Translations under genes and position numbers: made by a program
From: Octopus vulgaris
Taxonomy: Eukaryota
Assembly: GCA_951406725.2 (NCBI GenBank)
Contig: OX597814.1
Location: forward strand, 1,302,001 to 1,366,000
Length of the DNA: 64,000 bases
Reading direction: 5' to 3'
The notes under the pieces: generated by a model
Databases searched by the model: none
Told to the model about the DNA's origin: nothing
What the model saw: the letters and a program-made list of their open reading frames with translations, nothing else
In this document: positions 13,001 through 62,061 of the stretch, one piece after another
How the letters are laid out: the number at the start of each line of letters is the position of its first letter
How positions within the stretch are numbered: position 1 is the first letter of the stretch

Positions 13001-16000
13001 TTAAGCCTGGTACTTATTCTGTCAGTTTTCTTTGCTGAACCACTAAGTCACTGGGACGTAAACACACCAATACCAGTTGTCAAGCAATGGTGGAGGACAA
13101 ACTCAAACACCCACCAACCCACACATATATATATGTATATATATGACAGGCCTCTTTCAGTTTCTTTCTATCAAATAAATTCACAAAGCATTGGTTGGCC
13201 TGAGGCTGTAGTAGAAGATGCCTGCCCAAGCTGCCATGCAATGGGACGGAACTCAGAACCATGTGGTTGGGAAGCAAGCTTCTTACTGCACAGCTGCACC
13301 TGTGTCTATGTTACGACACATATAATTTATTACATGAGAAAATATCAACTTAAATACACAAGGTAGGAACCAGGTGAAATGAGTGAGTGGTTGGATAATA
13401 TAGATACCAGCTAAGCAATATCCGAACATGGCCAATGCCAGTACCCCCTGATTGGCTCCCGTGCCAGTGGCATGTAAAAAGCACTATCCGAATGTGATCA
13501 ATGCCAGGCCCGCCTGACTGGCTCCCCTGCCGGTGTCACGTAAAAAGCACCCACTACACTCTCGGAGTGGTTGGCTTTAGGAAGGGCATCCAGCTGTAGA
13601 AACATTGCCAGATCAGATTGGAGCCTGGTGCAGCCTCCCGGCTTCCCAGACCTCAGTCAAATCGTCCAACTCATGCCAGCATGGAAAACGGATGTTAAAC
13701 GATGATGATGATGTGGGTAAGAGAGAAGACATGTAATGTGTTTGGTGGTGCAGTTGAGAGATAAGTAATCTAGAAGGAGATGCGTGTTTTAATGAAGTGG
13801 AGCTGTTGGGCAGCTACCTTGATTTTTAGACAGCAGAACACAGTTTTTCTCAGCACCTTGCTACCTTGGCCAAAGCTTATTTTATTTCGTTTTTGGATTT
13901 GGTTTGCAAGATTCTTTATGTGAGTTCATGTTGAAGCATATACTCTTGTGTCTGGAGAGAGTCATTCTCTTTTAGTGCCTTATAATTTAACACACTCACT
14001 GGTAAAATTTCCAATTCTTTCTAACTTTTTTTTTTAATATATTTTTCTAAAATTTTCGTTGCATCTTGCAACCTTTTCAATAGAAGACCAATGGAAGAAG
14101 CAGCATGGTTAGATCCCAGAACGTCCGATATTATGGAAGAGATAAGATCATACTGTAAGGTAATAGATCTCTCCCACCCGAACTAGTCTGGGAAAAAGAA
14201 GCGAAGTTGATAGAATAAAATATCAGGTTAATTAATACTGGAGTTGATTTAATTGACGAACCACTTCAGACTAAATTTGTGATCTTGTGTCTATGTCAGA
14301 AACAAATATAATTCTGGATTCCAGCAGGGACATTCATGCATCTACTCTACAACAAAACACCTATATCTGTCCCCTCAATACCTTAAATTGTGCAATTGGC
14401 ACAAAGCCATAATCCCACAACACTACTGTCCACTCCCAGTTGAAGGGCTTTTGTCTTGCAAGGTACTTGGTGACCCTGTCAGTGCTGGGGCCACATAAAA
14501 AGTACCCTGTACACTCTGCGAAGTGGTCAGCATTAGGAAGGGCATCTGGTCATAGGAACCAGCCCAAAACAGACAGTGGAGCCAGGGACAGCTCCTGGCC
14601 TTGTCAGCTACTGCCAAACCATCCAACCCATACCAGCATGGAAATCGGATGTTAAATGATGATGATGATGATGATGTTTACGCTCTGACTTCAATCCTGT
14701 TCAGGACCACATTGCCTTTCCTCACACTGGATTTGATGAAGTATCAGTCAAGTACCAGAGCCCTTGGACATTAACATTTTCCCCTAAAATTGCAGGCTTT
14801 GTGGTGGTGGGGAGCAATGTAATTGACTCTCACCTTCTCACTAATAATTACTCGTCTTGCACCAAAATTCAAAGCAATTATCAAAATGGTAAATGTAATA
14901 ATAACATGGAAGACAAGATTAAAAAAGAGTTAAAAGTTGTAAATTGTATTAATATAACTTCTCCTCACCGCCACCATCAACATTTAACATCCATCTTTCA
15001 AGCTGGTATGGACTGGACGGTTTGGAAGGACTCAAGGTGCCATAGGATTGTATTGAGTGCCAGTGTCAGCTTTGGCATAGTTTCTATGGCTAGATACCCT
15101 TTCTAATGCCAACCACTTTACAGAGTGTACTGGGTGCTTTTTATGGGGCACCAGCCCTTGTGATGTCATCGAATAACTCACAAAACAAAGAGAAAAGACC
15201 TTCAACCGGGTAGGGTTACAGTTTTGAGGAAGGTGTCTATATGTCAGGAGTTGAGAGGATAAAATATGATAGAGGGATAGTCACAGGAAGTCTTCTATAC
15301 AGAAGCTAGATGGCTACCCTGTATTATATAAGGGTGGGTGGGAACAACTTGAAAGAAGCCAATGATAGTGGTGATGAGGTGTCAAAATGTAATTCAACTC
15401 CGAAATACATATTAGGGTATTGTTAGTGGAAATATAGAAATATTTACCGATTTCTTGTGATTCTCAGATTGATGTAGTTCTGATTCAATATTGAACTTTG
15501 CTTTCTTTTTCTTTGTTGTTTCTAGTACAAAAGCCGGTTGGTTCCATCTCTGTTATGATGGAATTCATCCTCTCCAAGAAGGAAGAAATCTGCTCACAGA
15601 GTGAAGAAAGTCCATTGATTGTTGATAACTACTTAGCTGCAAGATATTCCACTCAGGTGGCAGTTCCAAAGACCAAAAAGAAAGCGACGCTCCAAATAAA
15701 ATGGAAATTGGACGAAGGAAATAGAAGTTCCCAAAGAACAAACAACAACATGGAGGGTGGAGGTTTGTCTGTAAAAGACAATGGTAAGAATTCTTGTACA
15801 GGTGTTGATAGTTCAAAGGGAACATTTCAGAACCTGAATGAAACCAAAACTGGGGTTTCGAATGAAAATGAAATTGATGGAAGAATAATGAATGGCCGAG
15901 TGATGAGTGAGGAGAATGAGAATTCTATAGCTGTGAGGATTGCTTCTAGTTTTGTGGCAAGCATAATGGTAATGGCTTTAGCACAACACCTTGTGGAGGA

Positions 16001-16193
16001 ATCTTCAGTATCTGTGGGAAATATTGCTAAAATCACAGCTACCACTGCAACCGCAGTTCAGGCTGGTGACATCGATGCAGCCGTGAATGCAGTGTTTGAT
16101 GTCGTAAATAAAGTTAACGACATGCTTGAGGTAAGACCTTCTAGCCCCGACAATGAGGCCCCCCGCAAAAGTAAGTTTTGTATCCTAATGTAA
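5193..16193 (+). CDS. Roco-family (ROC-COR, MFHAS1-like) protein, 3' part; 5 exons: 5193-5307, 7104-7334, 9285-9782, 12282-12780, 15526-16193; 5' end outside window
   Basis: All junctions are GT-AG with compatible phases (0,0,0,1), giving ~669 uninterrupted codons. COR-like motifs: LMSFLHKTGGILDL...FICVNPLVFTKLL, LLLQVFISLGMLLP, and PPEGLMQRLL...LWKHGVLI. Ends RKSKFCILM*. AATAAA at 16204-16209. Family assigned by motif recall only. Confidence 0.75.
5460..6455 (+). mobile_element. Two copies of the abundant (GAT)n-tailed SINE-like family (about 30 full or partial copies in the window on both strands, e.g. 8270-8515, 13425-13713, 17304-17690, 18185-18470, 34075-34350, 39452-39860, 46050-46416, 55490-55840)
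   Basis: Shared 3' end AACCCATGCCAGCATGGAAAACGGACGTTAAAC(GAT)n, internal variable-number GTGCCGGTGGCACGTAAAAAGCACC units, variable 5' truncation. Confidence 0.85.
7104..7334 (+). CDS. Roco/COR gene exon (GSDIIQSALL...FLHKT)
   Basis: Polypyrimidine+cag acceptor, ACG|gtaagt donor, 231 bp. Confidence 0.85.
8913..9230 (+). mobile_element. tRNA-derived SINE (family also at ~38888-39130 and ~63670-63915 on minus)
   Basis: A box TGGCACAGTGG, B box GTTCAATTCC, shared body CCAGTCCACTCAGCTGGCAA. Confidence 0.7.
9285..9782 (+). CDS. Roco/COR gene exon (GGILDLQKCGW...PFPGDLQ)
   Basis: ttctttcttcag acceptor, CAG|gtaaga donor, 498 bp open. Confidence 0.88.
10740..11109 (-). mobile_element. Non-autonomous Helitron
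   Basis: Minus strand 5'-TCTATATATATAAACGG...TGTCTGTCTG and 3' GC hairpin TGACCCGG-TGTTG-CCGGGTCA then CTAG; second copy at 61147-61466. Confidence 0.85.
11445..11825 (-). mobile_element. tRNA-headed SINE (family also ~12915-13305, 19425-19800, 48160-48545 minus; 52310-52670 plus)
   Basis: Head GGCTGTGTGGTAAG...GGTTCAG, internal microsatellite, tail CCAGCATGGCCGCAGTCAAATGACTGAAA shared among copies. Confidence 0.8.
11920..12249 (+). mobile_element. CR1-type LINE 3' end with (CTAA)n tail
   Basis: Degenerate frame RLRGHSEKL...AFSVQVADPWNKLPDEIV...FKVSLD, typical of the CR1 ORF2 C-terminus. Confidence 0.8.
12282..12780 (+). CDS. Roco/COR gene exon (ISCWFRFILGDPPEGL...LLPFE)
   Basis: ttccttttcag acceptor, GAAG|gtaagt donor, 499 bp (phase 1). 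Confidence 0.88.
13885..14085 (-). mobile_element. Penelope-pLTR-like repeat with variant hammerhead motif (second copy 59087-59315 plus)
   Basis: Two dispersed copies; hammerhead fold at 14045-14085. Confidence 0.55.
14045..14085 (-). ncRNA. Minimal type-I hammerhead ribozyme motif, U3-A8 variant
   Basis: UUCUA UUGAAAA G GUUGC aagau GCAAC GAA AAUU U UAGAA: perfect stems I and II, palindromic stem III. Confidence 0.55.
15526..16193 (+). CDS. Roco/COR gene terminal exon ending in CaaX (CILM*)
   Basis: Long polypyrimidine+tag acceptor, phase 1 matches previous exon, stop TAA ending 16193 followed by AATAAA. Confidence 0.82.
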
Positions 16194-16203
16194 AAAAACG
16201 GAA

Positions 16204-16209
16204 AATAAA
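16204..16209 (+). terminator. Putative polyadenylation signal of the COR gene
   Basis: AATAAA 10 nt after the stop, followed by a T-rich tract. Confidence 0.45.
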
Positions 16210-16658
16210 TGAACTCACAAACACATTTGTTTTTAATCTTTTCATCGGAGGAGAACTTAGTGTCTATGACCTGTAACAGGGAACTCTAAGACTGGTGGAG
16301 GAGAGGGAAGGGGGGTAGTATCCTCAAACCATAGATCAAGCTCAAATACTAGCTGCAGATTAGACTCCACTTATGGCACCAAAAGTATTGTGGCGAAATG
16401 ACAGGAGGTATGGCTTAATTCTTATGATACCAAACGGATTTGGTCAAATTTCAACATACGATAGTTTAACATAATAACAAAGACATATATATATATAGAT
16501 AGATATTTAGTCAACAGACTATATATATTATTCATAGAATACAGTGTACATTTTTCTCTGAATAATATATAGTCTATTGACTAATTTTTCCTTCTCACTA
16601 GACCACTGGTAGCAAAGAATTCTTCTAAAATTTTTTTTTGCTACCCTAAGATTTATTA

Positions 16659-16696
<38 letters not shown>

Positions 16697-16858
16697 CATC
16701 ATCATCATCATCGTCGTTTAACGTCCGTTCTCCATGCTAGCATGGGTTGGACGGTTCGACCGGGGTTCTGGGAAGCCAGAAGGCTGCACCAGGCTCCAGT
16801 CTAATCTGGCAATGTTTCTACAGCTGGATGCCCTTCCTAACGCCAACCACTCCGTGAG

Positions 16859-16911
<53 letters not shown>

Positions 16912-19030
16912 TGTTGCTATTATATTAAACTGTCATATGTCCAAATGTGTTTTTTTTTCAATATCTATTTTTGCTTGCAATAACCAGTTCATTTGGTCAG
17001 ACTATCGTATCTCCAACTGCTTCAGGTGCCAAGAAATCAAAAATTGTCAAAATGTAGTACAACAGTTTTGCTATGGAATCATCATCATCATCATCGTTTA
17101 ACGTCCGTGATGATGATGATGATGAATCCATAGCAAAACTGTTGGACTTACGACACTTCTGCATAAAAGCAACAATATATATATATATATATATACATAC
17201 ACACACACATATATATGAATGTGTATGCTGATTTGTTCATGTGCATGCATGTGCAAGTGCTGAGACATGTCTGTTACATGCATTCGGTATATGTTTGACT
17301 GTCCATCATCATCATCGTTTAACGTCCGTTCTCCATGCTAGCATGGGTTGGACGGTTCGACTGAGGTCTGGGAAGCCAGGAGGCTGCACCAGGCTCCAGT
17401 CTGATCTGGCAGTGTTTCTACAACTGGATGCCCTTCCCAACGCCAACTGCTCCGAGAGTGTAGTGGGTGCTTTTTACGTGCCGCCAGCACAGGTGCCCGG
17501 CGAGGCTGGCAATGGCCACAATTGGTTGGTGCTTTTTATGTGCCACCGGCACAGATGCCAGTCAAGGTGGCGCTGGCAACAGCCACGTTCGGATGGTGCT
17601 TTTTACGTGCCACCGGCACTGGGATCACAATTTCAATTACCATTGATTTTTTATGCTGATGTACTCGACTCAATAGGTCTCCTCAAGCACAGGGTCGAAA
17701 TGGTGTTTCTTTACTTGCCACCTGCACAGGAGTCGGTCCAGCAGCACTGGCAACGGCTGGGTGCCAGTCATAGGATTTGGTTCAATTTCGATTTCGATAT
17801 ACCATATATGGTATATACATGACAATCATAATCTTGGGCCTAACTTGGTGTCATTGCTTTTGAAATACCTGAATTTGAATGAATCCTACAAACACTTGAT
17901 TTTATCACCATCACCTTTTAACATCTGTTGTCCATGCTGATATGGGTTGTACGGTTTGACCAGAGGCAGCAAGCTGGACAGCTGTATCAGGTTCCAGTCT
18001 GATTTGACATCCAGTCGTAGAAACCAAACCAAATGAGACTGGAACCTAGTGCAGCTCTCTGGCCTTGCCACATCTGGTCAAACTGGCCAAACCATGCCAG
18101 CTTTGGACAACGGATGTTAAAGGATGATGACGATGATGATAAACTCCAATGGCCCCAACATTTCTCTTAAATACATACACACACATCATCATCATCAACA
18201 TCATCATTCAACGTCTGTTTTCCATGCTAGCATGGGTTGGACGGTTCGACTGGGGTCTGGGAAGCCAGGAGGCTGCGCCAGGCTCCAGTCTAATCTGGCG
18301 GTGTTTCTACAGCTGGATGCCCTTCTTAACACCAACTGCTCCGTGAATGTTGTGGGTGCTTTTTATGTGCCACCGGCACAGGGGCCAGAAGGGGCTGGCA
18401 AACGGCCACAATCGGTTGGTGCTTTTTACGTATCACCGACACGGACGCCAGTCGAGGCGGCGCTGGCATCAGGTTTTGTTATCCTTAAATCCTTAAAATG
18501 TTTTAACCCGAAGGCTGCGGCCATGCTGGGCTAAATAAAATAAATAAATAAATAAATAATAAATCAAATACAAGTAGAAAAATTTAATTTTCAGTTTTGA
18601 AATTCCATGATATTGAGGACGACAACAACAACAAGAAAAGCATGCAGATAAATAAGAGCATGGAAGCGGTGGTGGATATGGCGGTGGCAATGTTTGTTAC
18701 TGATGATAATGATGAGGACGATGATGATGATAGTGATGGTGGTGGTGGTTCTTGTAGTGATGATGGTGATGGTCTTTCTCATAGTGGTGGTGGTGATGCT
18801 GCTGCTTATTATGATGATGATGGTGATGAAGGTGGTGATGGTGGTGGTGGTAGTTCTTGTAGTGATGATGATGATGTCAATGATGCTTAATGTTCATGTC
18901 CAGATGACAACCAAACACACTGACATCATTGTTGGTCATAACTGCAGGACGCTCCTCCACTCCACTACTGACCACCACCACCAACAAGACATGAAACTTT
19001 CCCTTGTGCAGCCGATACAGTACTATCTCC

Positions 19031-58403
<39,373 letters not shown>

Positions 58404-58600
58404 GTTTTTTCTTAAGTAAAGACAAACCGTGAAAAGCGAATCGAGCTGGCCATTGTTTCATACACGGTGTCTGTAAAGAAATATCCCCAGCGATATATAA
58501 CACCCGGATTACATTTTTACTCTTCCAAATACTTCCGTAGGTTTTTTTTTTTTTACCAAATTTATACAAATAATTAAGAAGTTATATTTATTTTATGAAT
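58404..58600 (-). promoter_or_regulatory. Probable BAP1 5' UTR / proximal promoter
   Basis: Immediately upstream of the ATG, repeat-free, ETS-type CGGAAGT at ~58531-58537; TSS not determinable. Confidence 0.35.
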
Positions 58601-61146
58601 GTATGTATATCTATGCATCTGTGCATTAATAATGTACCTTTGCTTATAATATATATCTCTGCTTATAATATATAGTAAGTATAGTTTCTTAATTGTATGT
58701 AGTAATTAGCCAAAAACCAGTGAAAGTGCAACTGGCAATGAAATAATAATGTTAATAAGTCTTGTATTGTAGAAAGTTAAGAGAAAAAAAGAGAAAGCTT
58801 TCAAAGTAGGAAAAAGAAAGAAAAATCGCAACTAAATTGTTGGCAGCCAGTGTAGAATTTTTATGCAAGGGAAATAACTTGTTAAACTTATTGAAGAGTT
58901 ATCTTCCTTGGATTCTGCCCCCTTTTACGCTAAAATGTCAGAGATAAATTTTATTTTCATTGTCCTCAGCGCCCATTATATTGACTCAGTATAAATAGCA
59001 TTTATACGGTGGATTAATTAACGAGGTATGGTGAGTTCAAATCCATGGCAGTCATTTTGTCATTTCTCTGAAACAGGGATTTAGTTCTGTTGTGTCTGGG
59101 GAGAGTCGTTTTCTTTTTGAAAATCACTCTCAAAACTATTGAAAAGGTTGTAACACGCAACGAAAATTTTAAAGAAATAAGTGGAAATGTTTACCCTTGA
59201 GTGTGTTAAATAATAAGGCACAAAAAGAAAATGACTCTCCCCAGACACAACAGAATATGCTTCAACACACGAACTCATATGAAGAATCTTGCAAACCAAA
59301 TCCAAAACGAAAGACATTTAGTTGTACTGGAGAAATTACGAAATTATCCACAGTTGACTGGGGTCTTATCCATGAAAAAGTTTTTTCTGTCGTTCAGTTT
59401 GTTCAATCGGAACTACAGTTAAGTACTATCCCTAATGATCAGTGTGTGTTATTGAACGATTATCGATGGATAAACCAAACATCAACTTCAGGTGAAATAT
59501 GTTGTAAGACGAAGGATGCATCTTGCAAAACGCAACCCTTAAACTCACCTGCTGTCCAAGCTGTAGGAAATCCCTTTGATTCCTTGCAGAAAGAATATTT
59601 GAATTCTTTGCAAAGAATTCAAATTTGATGGCAATAAATCCAAACTAGATCGAAAACATCTACCGATTTGACTGGATCTTCTTTTCTTTTGCTTCTCATC
59701 CACGGTAGTTCTGTAATCTCGCTGAGAAAGCTACTTTTGTGATCCGATTTATGTCCAACTCCACATTATACACATAAAGTGAATGTCCTTAAAACTATCT
59801 CTTCCACTCCATTAAGCCAAATATGAAAGCAGCACCTGTCATTTCAAACCAACAAGGGGACAGTCTCCGATAATGTCCCGCCCCCCATTTACTCTCATAG
59901 TGTGCTCCCTATCTTTGCCGAATTCATCAAACTATTCATAGGGAACAGGACGACTGTGTGTTTCCTTTCAAAATACAATCACTACACATATCAAGAACAT
60001 AATCTTGTATCAGTCCCCGCATGATGAACACAGAACTAAATCTCTCAATGTTGATAGAAATTCTACACTTAACCTGACTGGAAACCTTTCAGGGCAAACA
60101 CACATTATCAACATAGCTAAAGTTATGTAATAAAAAAAATAAGCTTTCCTCTTCAGAACCAGAAAAAAACCCCCAAATAAACATGCAAAAAAACACACAG
60201 ACCAACAAAAAAGCAAACTCCCATATTGATAAACGTTTCAACGGCAGACTTATGGTGTGTTCTAGTTTAAACCAGTAACGGAAAGAAAAAAAAGGAAGCT
60301 AAACTTTAGCTCCATACAATCATTGTTACTCTTTGTCTAACTTCACCAGAGTCACACCAATGGTTTACGTGAAAAGAGGTTATTCTGCCGTACCTTGTGG
60401 CTCATTACCCCACCCCTCAACACAACTTACTGACCCTCCACAAAATTCAGGTGAAACCCACAAAGAAGTGCTACTCCTATGTTTGGACAGTACTCTCGTT
60501 ACATGTTCAGATATCTGAGATCACAGTCGAAGAAGGCCCATCAGCTTCAACATCTGGGACACACATGTTCTATCTCATCTCACTGCTTTTCAATCGCGGG
60601 GCCCTTCCTCCTTCGAGTTGACCTGCAGCTTGTTTCCTCCTTCTCTCAGGCTCTCTTTAACACGGGCTCTTTTCTTCGCACTTCTTGCCATCCATAGTCT
60701 CTAACACCCCGTCAGTCCCCAACACCAACCGTTTCAACTAGTCCTTCTTCCACACAACCTTACCCCACGTGGCACTTATTCTAATTTCATGTTTTCTCTG
60801 CAGCAATCAATTCGAAACTGTCAAAGACGAATGTTAACTTCATCGATCTCACAAATCGAAATTCATGTTTTTAAAGATTGGAGCAAGATGGCAGTTGATG
60901 TGGAATTTCTTTGCGAAACATACTAAACACCACCACACTATACATTCATACAAAGTCTAATCGCTCACCACACAAAAGAATAACAGCAGCAGGATATGTG
61001 TATGGAAGGAGTTCCAGAGGGAAGACATTCTGGGGAAGAAGGCATGAGACGAAGTTAGAGTGAACTTGGGGAAGTGGACACAATATGGGTGCCGAGAGGA
61101 GCAGAGACGATGATGGAAACAATATTTGATATTCACAGAACAATGT

Positions 61147-61466
61147 CTGTCTGTGTGTATGTGTCCTTTATACAAATCCACAATTTTTTAGTTAGAGGGC
61201 TTGCACTTTCTATGGTCATTCAAAACCGTCCAAGGGTGGTCGTGCACATCTTTACATTTCCCCAGTCACCCCGCAAAGCCATTAAAAAATCAATAGAAGT
61301 GACATTTTTGTGAATTTTCTATCCAAAACCCAATCAAAATGCCTGAAACTTGATACGCCAATTGAATGCCAGGTAGCTGTATGGGATTGGTCGGAGATTT
61401 GGACAGTATTCGCGTGTATGTGTGCACACACGCAGCTGTATATGCATGCACTAGCACTAGTGCTAG
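61147..61466 (+). mobile_element. Helitron body fragment flanked by a 24-bp direct repeat
   Basis: Reverse complement of ~10770-11088; TATTTGATATTCACAGAACAATGT at 61123-61146 and 61467-61490. Confidence 0.85.
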
Positions 61467-61785
61467 TATTTGATATTCACAGAACAATGTTAAAAGACTA
61501 AACACAGTGGCAACATACATAGGCCATAATCAAAAACAAATGCCTGACAGATGATTTATAAGTCTAACAGTTAAAATTCAAAACCTGGTTGTAATATTTA
61601 TACCAATCACAAAGGGCCTGGTTGTTGTAAAGAGACTGAAGCAGATGGTAACATTATTTTATCCTGAAGATGGGACCATGACAATCCAGAAACATTGGTG
61701 ACAGCAGCCGTCATGTCAGTGGAGTGGAGATTAGAAGAATGTTTGTGAGGGATTTTAATCTGTGATTGGATTGTACTTTGTTATG

Positions 61786-62000
61786 TTTTGATACCAAGTT
61801 GGTTCAAACTGGCTCAGGCTCTGTAGTACAAATGTCTTATTTTCATAAGTTTTCAATTAAAATCTTCCTCCAAACCTTAGTCACAATTTATGTTCCTAAC
61901 ACCAGCTGAATGGTAACTAAGTTATTTACTAAATTCATTGCTATATTTAAAATTAATTGAAAGAAACACAGAGCATCTCAACAGAAATATGTAACAAAAG
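61786..62000 (+). mobile_element. Solo, diverged copy of the satellite-forming MITE
   Basis: TTTTGATACCAA...AGTACAAATGTCTT...AAACCTTAGTCACAATTTATGTTCCTAACAC...GTAACAAAAG matches the 246-bp monomer without the spacer. Confidence 0.9.
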
Positions 62001-62004
62001 TGTA

Positions 62005-62061
<57 letters not shown>

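Noticed and set aside
59197-59628. 143-aa ORF divergent from BAP1
   Set aside because: Starts inside a dispersed repeat with a non-ATG start; no recognisable domain or splice pattern
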